This document shows, piece after piece, positions 52,085-64,000 of a stretch of DNA of 64,000 nt. The stretch is from Camelus ferus (Eukaryota), in assembly GCF_009834535.1 (NCBI RefSeq), contig NC_045707.1, positions 56,794,001-56,858,000 of the forward strand. The letters are read 5' to 3'. The notes beneath the pieces are model-generated. The model made no database searches, was not told the DNA's origin, and saw only the letters and a list, made by a program, of their open reading frames with translations. How positions within the stretch are numbered: position 1 is the stretch's first letter; every line of letters starts with the position of its first letter. A program made the position numbers and the translations under genes.

Positions 52085-55000
52085 GTAAGTGTGCTTTAAA
52101 TGACTTCACTACTTAGGAAGTTAATATATAGTCAAACTTTTAATAAAGAGAAAAATAAGGCAAGGGAAACTGCAAAGTCTGAAAGTATTAAAGAAGATGT
52201 AAGATATAGATAATGTGCATGTCAGTTTAAACTGTTTTTTAAATATGGAAATGAGATGGCATTAAGATTCTCTGTGAATTCAAGCAAAGTAATAGTGAAC
52301 CCTTAATTTTCACAAGGATTTTTAAATCTGCTACATCTTTGAGGGTTTATGGGATATGTCTCCTGCAATTATTATTTATGGCTATATTATGATGAAAATT
52401 GTAGAGTTAATTCCTTTACATATCACAGAGAGGGTAGAATTAAAAGACATTTTATAGAACTTTGGAAACTATGTTCTCTGGGCTTAGAAAAATGTTTTGT
52501 ATTTCATATACATAGCTTAACATAAGTCCTGTTATTTTATTATGTTTGCAATATACAAGCAATCAATAATACAGGAGCTTAAGTACCATGTTTAGTATGC
52601 TTTTCAATTTGAGGTAAAGTAGAAACTCATTAAGATGGAAGATTTTCTGTGTTATCAAAAAGTCAAAGTGATTTACAATATAAATGTAAATGTGAGTTAC
52701 AAAGCTGTTAGCTACTGAATGTATTTCAATTGCCTGTGAATAAATCAGTCATCAATCTAGAAAATGGTTAAGTCTAAAGTAAATCATATTCTACTTAATT
52801 TTTATCATCAAATTGCATCTTTCAGTACTAAGGTTTACTCTGTAATTCAGTTGTATCATCATTAGATGAAAAGGGAAAATGAATGTCTTCTTTTTGTATA
52901 TTTTACACTATGGGAATATAAACAGCCTGGCATTTAATTATTTTAGCTATATAGTTATAATGTTCTGAAAAAATAAATGTAAAGACCTAGAGAAGTAATA
53001 TAGTAGAGGTAGTATGAATTCTTTAAAAAGGGAGCTCTGAATAAATGCACATCTGATTGATTAAAGTCTCTTGCCTTTGCAAACTATACCAGTAGATATA
53101 ATTACTCTCTCTCTCTCTCCCCCTTCTTATACTTCTATTTTTAATCCTGTTGCCTCTCCTGCTTTACACTGATGTCTACTGATAGTGCAAGTCTGTGCTG
53201 TTACAGAATATATTCGCTTCCCAGTGGCGATCTGCTTATTGTGGCAGTGACTCAAAATGCAATTGCCCTGGGGCTTTCTACAGAATTATTACTCTTTTTT
53301 TTTTTTCTTCTTCTTCATACGCTGAGATATAAACACTCTTTACAATATCCTGTAGCTGCCTCTTAGGGGCAGCTTTTGACATTGGGTATTCTGCTTCCAT
53401 CTCTTAAAGTTTAAGGGTCAGTAAATTCCATATGCTCAGTCATGACAGAGCCTCAAAACAGAGGCTTTTTACAATTCTTTCAGTAGATCTTGCTGACACA
53501 TTTCATGGCAGGTGATTTTCTTTGAATACACACTGGAATGATTTTTTAAACACTTTTTTGTTGTTGAAGTCATAACAATTCATGTAAAAACTCCAGAATT
53601 TCAGATAAAATAGAAATGTTGGCAAATATGAACTCTATTCTCCTACATTTTTAATCTTACAAGATGATATTTGATCCTGACATTTGTGAAAACAGGCAAT
53701 GTGCATTTAACTTTTTGTTTCTGTTATTTGTTTTTGCATTTGGTAGAAGAGAAGGAAAAAAGAAAGATGGTTTTAAAGCCTAAAGGTAAAGGTTTATAAA
53801 AGTTGACTCTTGGCTTTTATTTTCAGAAGACAAAATTTAACATGATTTTTTAATTTATATACATTAACCTCTTTTAAGGCAGTATGCTATCTTTGTTTGA
53901 AAATACTGTTATGAGAAGTGAGATGCTGTAAAAGTAGCAGACCATTTGTCAAAAATGTATCTTGTAGAAACGATTAGTTAAATTTTCAAAAATGATTCTC
54001 ATTATGGAATGTCATAAATGCATTTCTGAAATGATTCTGCATCAAGTAATTGAGATTTTAATGTTTACTTTCTTAAATTTATTCTAGCACTAGAGTTAAC
54101 ATATGCAGAACATATAAGATAGCTTAGCATGAATAATACTGAGTTTCAGTTCCATCTTCTCATCAAATGTTCAAACTGCCCTGTCATTTTTGCTGAAATT
54201 GTATGTTATCAAATTTTAAGAGTAAGACTTAGAATATATTTGACCTAAACAGTTCAGAGGTAAAAAGGCAACACATAAGAAGCTGAAGGATATTCCAATA
54301 ATGAGACTTCTTTTTTACTGCATTTTAGTTTAGCCAAATACATCCATACTTCTACACACACATGCAAATACTGTTTTGTATAGACTACTTAACATTTAAT
54401 TTAAATTAATTTCCTTATGAGTGAAATCTCATTTCTATGTATGATGAATATACTTGTGTCTGCATTTTCCTATTCAGAGATTCCTGGACCCTGAATGATG
54501 CCAACATCCAATTTGCACAATATATTTAGTGAATAATTTATCACCAAAAAATAATTCTGGAGTATAGTTCCCTACAATACTTTTGATTGACAAAAATTAA
54601 AATTAATTATAATAGTTATATGCATTAGAACTGTCAATTTATGGGACTCAAATATGTACAAACAGGAAACCTACATTAAAACAGCATTAAATCATATATA
54701 TATATATATATGAATGAAGTAAATTATTTTCAATTTTAGTCCCATAAAAATGATGTCCCAACATCATTTCACATTTAGCTCTATGTTTTGCAAATAAAAC
54801 TATCTTATATGCTTTACAAAACCTCTCGATTAGCTAATCATGACTTAATGTGTTAACCCTCCCAGAGGTATTAATGACTAACACACTACTAACCCCCTCA
54901 TTTCCTGGAGATTAAATATCTTTACCTGGTAATTTCCAAATTATCTGCACAATCCTAAGGTTTCATGGGAGTTTATCAGTAGTTGCTAGAGACAGTAGGG

Positions 55001-55142
55001 AAGAGGACTACAATCTTTAGAGGTTCTTCATATGTCTTTTTTCTGCATTTACTTGTGTTAGCCACTGGAGCTCTATGCAAGCTTTCATGAACAACAGTAA
55101 AGTAGCATTCTACTATCAAGAACAAAACAAGCGTAGTTTGCA

Positions 55143-55228
55143 GGCGGCTGGGTATAGCTAGTGGTAGAGTGTATGCTTAGCATGCACAATGTCCTGGGTT
55201 TAATCCCCAGTACCTCCATTAAAAAAAA
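55143..55228 (+). mobile_element. Camelid tRNA-Ala-derived SINE, short form (tRNA-like head plus oligo-A)
   Basis: GGGTATAGCTAGTGGTAGAGTGTATGCTTAGCATGCACAATGTCCTGGGTTTAATCCCCAGTACCTCCA followed by TT and A8. CpGs have decayed and both the A and B boxes are mutated. Confidence 0.85.
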
Positions 55229-55479
55229 GTGGCTTGTAAATCACCTCCTCAGACCAAGCAAATTTGTTTCTGACAGGAGCAATTTTATCTATTGAACCCA
55301 CGGAGGAATTGCTTCTCCTTAGAATACATTTCTTTGCCATTTAATCCTAGCATTGGTAACATTTACTGCCAACACTGTATGTAAAAGTCACTGACTCTGT
55401 TGTTCCGTGGTACCCACTGAAAACAAGAGAAAGACACTTGGTCACAAAGTATGGAAACACAATCAGCTACCATTTCCAT

Positions 55480-55900
55480 AGTTAAAATACTTAGTGTATC
55501 CCCTGTCCTTAAAGGATAAAATTCATTTCCTTAGCCTGTCGTTAAAAAAAAAAAAAAAAAAAAAAAAAAAGCAATTCCTGGTCTGGAGCTCATGCAAAAT
55601 AAGGCTTTACCTGCTTTCTCAGAAAGTTTCCCAGAAGTGTCCTTCTGTTGTCTGCCTCTTCCCTGAACCTGCCCACTGGAAAATTCTTTTTACTTAAAGA
55701 TGTCTCAAATGCCACCTCCCCCATGAAGCCTTCACTCTTTCACCTGATTCCTGCATGCTGCATTAAGTGCCTTTCCTTTGATCCTTTGCCTGTTTGTACC
55801 ACTACGGAAGCACTTATGCTTTGTTTAATCCCCAAGAACATTTTACCAGTATGCGTCCCTAGCACATGGATACTGCTAATGTCTCTGTCTGGGGGCATGT
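55480..55900 (+). mobile_element. L2 3' fragment containing an A27 tract (55544-55570)
   Basis: 'aggataaaattcatttccttagcct', 'ctcaaatgccacctcccccatgaagccttc'. Confidence 0.7.
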
Positions 55901-58900
55901 ATTTGGAAGGTAAATGATTAAAATATGAAAATTCACATTATTCTAATTTTAACTATGTAAGCTGTTGGTGAGGTATAACTATACCTGAGAAAATAAAGAC
56001 ATATAAAGGTAAATTTGTTTAATACTAAGCCTTTGCATACAACTGTTGAATTCTTCCAAGTAGGTAACAGTTACATGAATAATCTCAGAAAAGCTTTAAC
56101 TTTATTTTTTTTAAAATAGATTTCTATGACAGCTAAACAAAACCTTTTTGAGACTTTCTTTTTACCACTTAACTCTTCTGTATTAATTGGGGCTTTTCAT
56201 GTTTTATCAAGAGAACTTTAAAATTTGATTAATATCTAATTTTTCATTTAGCAGATACTATTACTTGAAACATATACAAGACTAATAGGCAAGTTCAAAA
56301 TCTCAATTGTATGAAGAATCTCACTTAAAAGATATTACTGATAAATAAGATGGGGCACCATATCTTTGTGATCATATGAGGTTGAGGTAATTTTGGCTTT
56401 TCAGAAAAAAAAAACCTAATTTTTTTATATTCTGTCATTTTGTTACTATCTGGGAATTCACCATTATTTTTCTATTATTTGGAGCATATTATAACTTTTT
56501 ACTGTTGATATTTTTTAAATGCAGTGGCTATATGTGTCAGAATGCTTGGCACATGTTACGCATTTAAAAAAGAGAATGAAAGCAAAGTAGTCCAATAGAG
56601 ATAGGAAAGACAGACCCCTTGGCTCCAGGGTGACATAGTAATACAGGCAGACATTCCCACATTAATGAGAGAATTGAGGTTTTTCTCCATCACCCAATCG
56701 TGTGCAGTGCTGATTATGATTGTGAGGGGTAGAGGTAACACAAGAAGTGTTTCAAGCAGGTAGACTGACATGCTTAAAGGCAGTTATTGGTGTGTGGAAA
56801 AGGCAGAGTTTAGTGTAACTGGAGCATAAGCTGGGGACAGGAAATGGCTAATAGTCAGTGTGTAAACTCTAGAATATAAACATGTTTGAATGTCAAGTCC
56901 AGATGCTCAGGAACTTGAACTTAGGATTCAAGGATTTTCAGTGAGGAGTGACCAGATTTCAACGTGCTGTTTCTTTAGAACACTGGGTTGTGCCTTGGCT
57001 GGTTAATAGGACAGAGAGAACTATTCAGTGGTTTTCCAAAAGCTCCAGTTGAAGTATCATGATTTCCCTGCTTTACAGATTAAAAAAACTGGTCCTCAAA
57101 ACATATATTCAAATAGTTGTTAATAATGCAGGGTGTAAGTAACGTAATTTCTGTCTGAAACTTGGGATTATGGAACCCCAAATTCCATATTCTTATGGGT
57201 AGGGAAAACTATGGAAGTGGATGAAATGACCTTGGCAAAGAATGAGGAAAGTGGGGGAGTGGGGCTGGGCAGGAAATCCTTGGACACATTGACTTACAGA
57301 ATTACTATCATTTGGATTGTGTGTGCTTGGTTTATTGTGCAAACACATTTTGGAAGCTTTTTCCTAATCACCTCTCCTTGAATATCACCTCTGAATCTAA
57401 TTCAGTTTAGATGTTCCTACCTCTTTATGGCTGTCTTTGTTTTATTTTGTAAATGCATTTTGGAAGGTTAACATCTCCTTTTAACTCCCTCCTTGATTAT
57501 CATCCCTGAACCTTAATTCAAGTTAAACCCTCCTGTCCTTACACTTTCACAAAGTAATTGATGTGTGTCTATTGTATTATTTATTATACCATTTTTAGTT
57601 TTTCACTTCTCTCTCTTCACCACTAGTCTGTGAACTCCTGAAGTCAAGCATACAGTTTATTTTACTTAACTACTCGTATTTGTTTATTGACACTTAGCCT
57701 AATGCTTGCTTATAGACGGTGTCTTTTTAGTTTTCCTTTCCTTCTGCCTATGTTGTCTCCTGCACATACAGATGCACTCATTCAATGCAACCTTATGATG
57801 ATGGTGATCATGAAGAGGAAATAATTCTGCTTCTGCTAAGAGGCTTTTATAAACAGGCTGGTTCCTGAACTAGCATGGTATTCTGAAAAGAGCTATGACT
57901 GATTTGCTTTACTAAATTTTAAATAGTCAACATTTACTCTTTTTTAATGCAAAGAAAAAATAATTTTGCATAACCAGAAAGAAACCACATATTTCCTTTG
58001 ACCCAGAACATATGTATCAATAGAGGGCAGAGAAAGCTTGAGAAATCAAGAATAGTGAGGCTGAAGCAAGAGCTGCAACGTTGGCCTTGGAAGGAAGAAT
58101 GCTTCATCTTCTAGGAAAAAAAAATTCAAAGAGTGAAGATGGATCAAGAGATAGAAGGATGGCTGTGTCCAGGGTAAGAGGTATCAAGTAGCAATGAGAG
58201 TTGAGCTGGGGTTGGAAGCATAGGTTTGGATCAGTCTAAGAAGTTAGTTTCTGTATTAATCTCCCTAAATGGAAATTGGAATGGGAATAAATATTGGCAA
58301 ATGTGACAAAAAAATCATGGAAGCAAGGAATCAAAAGTGCTAACGAGATTAAGGTTGAACATCTGAATATGGGTCAGTCTTTAGTCCTAATGAACACAGG
58401 AAGTAATATTTTTGATTAAAATTATATTTCACTTTTTTAAAAAAGGGAGAAAGAGAAACTCATTAGAAAATTACTCTTAATACTTCTATAATATGATGTT
58501 ATAGATATAAATTCCAAGAAAACGTATTTTATTTAACAGTGATTCCCAGAACATTTCATCATGTCTGGCATATAGTAAGCTCTACAAAAATCTGTGTAGA
58601 ATGAATAGCTATTTTTAATAATATAAATTTAAAGTTTTCTTAACCTCATGAAATGTGATAACTGAAACCAAACTTGTACTTGTAGGTAATTACCAAATTT
58701 ATTTTAATATTTTGCCTGCATGTAATAATAAATGTCAGGATACAGCATGTATTTAGGGAAATATGAACGCATCAAACATTGTACGTAATGGTAAGGGTGT
58801 AGTCATAGCTTATTATAAGCTAAACCAAAGGACAGTTTGTGCCTTTGTGGGGAAAGGTCAACTTGCAATCATTCATATAGAATGCTGCAGACTAATTGTC

Positions 58901-60231
58901 TAGAAAATTGTCCTGGATTTTCACATTGCATTAATCTAACTCCATTTAATATAGCCTGTTAGTGTATCACCTTTTCCAAAAATATAGAGAGACATCTTTA
59001 GTATGGACTGCTGCCAACATAATTTACTAAATGAAAAATAGATGTGAAGAAAAGATGGAAAATATTGTGGACATTATGTAGCCCAGGGAAGGGAATATGG
59101 AAGAGAGACACAATTTATCCCACTGAAAAGAAATGTTCTTTTGGTTTGAATACACTGTAATCGTTCAGCATATGTGGTGAGAAACCTGCAGGAATACATG
59201 AGTCTGAAGAAAAACGGAAGAGGTTTCAGTTGGATATAGAAAAAGAATCTATGACTATTGGTGTGATAAAACACTGAAGTGAGAAGTCATTAAATATATC
59301 TCAATGGAATTTTTATATTGGGGATTTTCAAGACAAGGCAGAGTGCAAAATGCAAGGTGCAGATGAGATAGATTTGCATCTCATATCTGCAGCTTGAAAT
59401 GTTCATATGGTGATAAATGCTAAGGAGAAATACAGAGCATAGAAAGTGGATGGGGAACATTGGACAGGGAAGGCGTTTGAGTGAAGACCTGGAGGAGTCA
59501 GAACAGCTTTGGGTCTCTGTACTAGAACAAATCTCTTCACAGTGCTGTCACCAGACAGGTTAACTCTACCTACATCCCTCTATTAAGAGTTAAATTCAAG
59601 AGAAAGTCTGGTTGGCCCAACCTGGACCTTATGTTATCATAAATGTGCCATCCTCTACTTGCCTACTGCCTGGCTTGCTCAACCTCTGTCCCAGCTCCCT
59701 CCCCCTTACTATAATGTGGTGCCTTACAGACAGACTGTGCTGCTCAGATTTTAGCCTTCCTTTGAAACAGGAGAAGGTATCCATTTCATCTCTATATTCA
59801 TCACTGCTCCTAGAGCTTCCTTTTCCCATTTTCTGCTTTTTATGCCCCAAACTCTCACTCATTCTTTCAAACCCAGTGCAATATATGTCTCTCATGAATA
59901 TGTCACACTTCCCAGTTAAGTTCACCATCCTCCTTGTTGAGATCCCATTAAATGTTGTGCTTACCTCTATCCTAATAATTATCACCAACCTAATTTAAGT
60001 AGGCATGTCTGATTTCCCATTAAGGGCACAATATATATTTGTTAGGCAAATGAATTGTGAGTGCTCCATAAATGTCTGAATATATAAAGGATACATGTGA
60101 TTATCCCCAAAATCACAAGGTTCCTTTTATACCAAGCTTTATGTTGAAAATACGTCAATCAAACTGGACATTGTGACTACAGAATATAAATTATCCAACA
60201 GAAGGTAGTTGATTAACCCCATTATCTTGCC

Positions 60232-60232
60232 T

Positions 60233-60286
<54 letters not shown>
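60232..60286. repeat. (GT)n microsatellite, imperfect ends
   Basis: Perfect core of 20 units at 60241-60280. Confidence 0.95.
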
Positions 60287-60714
60287 TATTGTTGATGTTG
60301 TTTTCTTTGTTTATTCGGTGGAAGGAAGTTACAATTAAGGAAATGATTTTTATAAGAATTTTGAAAGCAAACATTTAAAGCATTCCTAATTTTTAAATAA
60401 ATATACTTATTCTTAATAGCCACTAAATGATATCAGGAGCTGTACACGTCATGTGAACTCCATATAACACTTAGATATTTCCATTTCAATCTCTTTGACA
60501 CTCTGCGTTACGACGCCGTATGAATCAGCTTCAATTTTCTTTCAGTATCTAATGTTTTCCTAAGGTTATCAGTATTGAATATTAAATCCTCAACCTATAG
60601 TGATATCATACAGCAGTTTGAAGTCAGACAGACTTGAGTATTAATCATTTTATTTTATCCTTTCTCTTTGGTGAATCACAATAAAAGATCCTTAGAATTG
60701 TTATATGAATTGTC

Positions 60715-60870
60715 ATACTTTAGAATACATAACTATCCAGAAATGCAAGCTACCATATACCACCCTCAGATGTGAATCAGAAAATCTGATGAGGGCCAAG
60801 GAATCTTCATTTTTAAGCAGGATTCCAGGTGACATCTATGCAGAAATGTCACAAATTGGGAAACAGTAGA
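60715..60870. mobile_element. MER5-like hAT-Charlie DNA transposon fossil
   Basis: 'tgaatcagaaaatctgatgagggccaaggaatcttcatttttaagcaggattccaggtga'. Confidence 0.65.
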
Positions 60871-61924
60871 CAGGAGATGGAATATTTTTAGCATCTTAAA
60901 AGGTACATTCTATTTGAAGGATAACTGGTATGTAGAAGGTTAATATTCACAAGACCTTCCTCTAGTTATAAATAATTATTCTATTTTAGAAAGATGTGAT
61001 TTTAACTTGTTGTGATGAAGTCATTTAGTTATTTCTTTCATGGGCAAAATTTTAACTCCAGTTGATGTATGAATTGTGAGGATTCCAAATCATTTTCTTT
61101 GCATTAAGATAAGCTAATTAAATCAAGACTAACCCTCAGTAATGATGACCTTTAGCTTATCCTTCCTTTAGGGCATATGTTTGTCACAGAATTTCCAAAT
61201 TCAGACTTAATATATTGCTGTGTCAAGAACGATACAAATCTGCTATTAATTAATGATTTATCTGTCACCCAGAAACTTGTAAAATGAAATTTCATTTTAA
61301 ATTATGTATTACAGTAAATGTGACCAGTTTGTTTTAAAATTTCTGATTTCAAATTAGAGCTTGATTAAAGTAATGTGTTCTCTAGAAAAGTGGTGTTATG
61401 TGGTTGCTATTCCTGGATTACACAATTCTTGAACATCGAGAATAATCCCTTTTGTGTGAGGATCATTATCTTAATGCCGTCAGCTGAATTTCAGTAATAA
61501 GGCCTATGGGATGTCACTTTGCTTTCATAAAGTATCTGCCCTTATGCCAAGATACATTTGCAAGTTCAAAATCACAAGTTCATAGGAAAATTATAATGTT
61601 AAAATAGTCATGAAGAAAGCACTCATTTTTGATTGGTTATAAGTTCACTAACAGCTTGTCTAAAGACTTTTTTTTTGAATTTAGCTTCAGTGAGAAGAGA
61701 AATCTTATTCTAAAAGTACAAAATAAGCATCATTATTTAAAATGTTTTACCTGTTATGGAGAAAAATACTTTAAAGTACCTGAATTATTAGTGTTGATTA
61801 ATGTCTCCATCTCCTGCACACTGAGCTATTTTTCAGAAGTGTAGCAGTCACTATGCAGACATTTTTAACATCTAACAGGATCATCCCAGAGCAGACAGTA
61901 TTTTCTGAGACATCATGGCATGGC

Positions 61925-62065
61925 TGAAGGAGTGTAAGATTAGGAGTCAGATCAACATATATCCTGCTACTTACTGCCTGTGTGACTTTGGGCAAGATGT
62001 TTACTCAATTTTAGTTCTCTCACTGTAAAATGGGCATAATAAAACCTATCTCACAGTACATAGTA
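61925..62065 (+). mobile_element. MIR
   Basis: 'ttggagtcaga...acttactgcctgtgtgactttgggcaag...ctgtaaaatgggcataataaaacctatctcacag'. Confidence 0.85.
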
Positions 62066-62129
62066 GGCTTTTAATAGTAAAAATAATTATGATAATAGTG
62101 AAGTAGTAATAATAATATTAATAATACCT

Positions 62130-62670
62130 GGTTTGGTTTCTAACCTCCAGGATAACCACCAGTCTAATGATTCTCACCCCCTGAAATTCGTGCCTTTGTA
62201 TAGACCTCTCCTTCATTAAACTGTGCCTGCCCCTATGTGAATAAAATATGATTTAAGTGAAAATGTGTGCTTTCTGAAATGAGATCATGAAGGCATTGCA
62301 GCTTCTACCTTGCTCTCTTGGAATTACTCATAAGCCAGTTGCAATGCTGTGAGGATGCTCCAGCAGCCCTGTGGAGGTGCCCACATGGAGTGGGACTGAG
62401 GCTCCCAGCCAATAGCCAGCGCTAACTTGCCAGCTATGCAAGTGAAATACTTTGGGTGTGGATCCTTTAGTAATATAGTCAAGCCTTTAGATGGCTGCTG
62501 CCCAAATCAATCACTGACTGCAGCCTCTTAAGAGGCCCCATAGTAGAACTACCCAACTGAACCATCCCCAAATTCCGGACTCACAAAATCAATGAGATAA
62601 TAAATAATCACTGTTGTTGTAAGCCACTAAATTTTGGGATTTGGATGGAACAATAGGTAATTTATAGAAC
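62130..62670 (+). mobile_element. MaLR LTR (MLT1E/F-like)
   Basis: 'gcccacatggagtgggactgaggctcccagccaatagccagc', 'caagcctttagatggctgc', 'ttgtaagccactaaattttggg'. Confidence 0.85.
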
Positions 62671-64000
62671 TGCCAAGGTTGAAAGTTAACCTTGTCATCT
62701 CTATGCAAGTTCATGGTAACCAATTCTGTTCATAGGCATTTCATTACTCGTGATGTAGCCTTCCTAGTGAAACCAACCTGCTGTTTCTCCACCTAATTTA
62801 TCTTTGCTCCCCACTTTACCTCCCTGCTTTTACTTCATAAATACTTCAATCTTAGAGAATCAGTATCTTTCACATGAAACCTATTTTATGGGCTTTTCTT
62901 CCTGAAAGTCTATAAGATGTTTACACAATACATTTATAAATTGCTTGTCAGCAGGTATCTTAACTTTTCTTTGGATTTTTTTTTTTTTTGGCATCTTATA
63001 TGGTCTAATCTCATTTTATGGTGGTTAAATGAAAAAATATATATATTTTGGTACTTGCCAATGGCATTTTCTTAGTAAAAACAAAAAAGCATGTGATTGA
63101 AAGTCATGTCTACTTGCTAAGGTTGTGCACAGGACAGATTTTCAGACAGGGAATAACCAATCTAAAGAGAAAATTTGGAATTAAAAAATAAAAGAAGCAA
63201 TCCCATATAGGATTTTTAAAGTGGATAATTTTAGCCATCATTTATAATTTTCTTCTAAGCAGAGAAATGTTAATTTTAGTAATCTGGATATTTAAAATAA
63301 TTATTTTATGAAAGACAGGATATACTGATGTTTAGCCTCCTTGAATAAAATACTACTTTTCATTGAAAGAATTTGAACCCCATTAAGGAAATTTACAGAT
63401 TAGAATAACCTGGTTAGTAATGCATTTTATTATCCTAACAAAATTTAGCATAAAATCAGTTCTCATATTTGGGGTGTGATAATGTTTATATGAAATTTTA
63501 GTATTTTCAGCTGTACTTTAAAACTCTGAGTTTGTCAAAAAACAAATGACTGGTCTAAAAGTATTTGAAATTGTTTTGGATAAATTGCCAATCCCTTATC
63601 CTCAAAAAATAAAGGAGCAGTGGATATTTTCAGAGTTTATATGTATATACCAGATGAAGGCATAGCAGTTAAATTGGCTTATTTTAAAATATGTTTTCAG
63701 AGAAATATTTCCTAAAACATGACATTTTATTATCTAAAATTTTTCAAAATCTTTTCTTTAGCTCATCAAAAATTACTTCAAGTAGCTTTTATAAAATATG
63801 TGTATATATTTTCTAATGACATATGATCTTGATAGGAGAGATTACTTGTGTTTCTGTTAAAATATTAACTGCTTGCATAAGCTCATAAGAATAAATTTAC
63901 TGTTATTAATAAACAAAACAAACAAACAAAATCATGTACCATGCTCAAGAAAAATAGTAAAATAGAGAAACTAGACCTTATCCAAGGGGTTAATCTTAAG

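Noticed and set aside
55143..55218. Functional tRNA-Ala(AGC) gene
   Set aside because: The A box has a deletion, the B box reads GGTTTAATCC, the CpGs have decayed and an oligo-A tail follows with no T terminator; it is a SINE or retrocopy.
59612..59998. Overlapping 128-aa and 119-aa ORFs on opposite strands
   Set aside because: Both begin at non-ATG codons in L2-like degenerate sequence; no domain or exon signals recognised.

Overview
AT-rich, CpG-poor mammalian genomic DNA. It is most likely from a camelid: it carries two copies of the tRNA-Ala-derived vic-1-type SINE, and I saw no Alu, Bov-tA/BovB, PRE-1 or Can-SINE. The window reads as part of one very large intron. The only host coding sequence I can support is an 81-nt first coding exon at 52004-52084 (+), MIFSDMNTVSGSPKVHPPNGTRFYTFQ, followed by a GTAAGT donor. 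From memory I recognise it as the alternative N-terminus of a short liprin-alpha-2 (PPFIA2) isoform; this needs BLAST confirmation. Much of the rest is transposable-element debris: L1 of several ages, L2, MIR, MaLR/MER21/ERV1-type LTRs, MER5-type DNA elements, SINEs and microsatellites. Nearly all ORFs in the supplied track are L1 remnants or chance ORFs. I find no evidence of a new multi-gene system. The observations most worth checking are the internal promoter/first exon with an abutting in-frame uORF, a composite LTR with an internal PPT, a 5'-inverted (twin-primed) L1, a foreign-looking 0.9 kb segment with antisense splice signals, two divergent CTCF-like motifs and a perfect (GT)61 tract. 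Repeat family names and boundaries are by eye and approximate.
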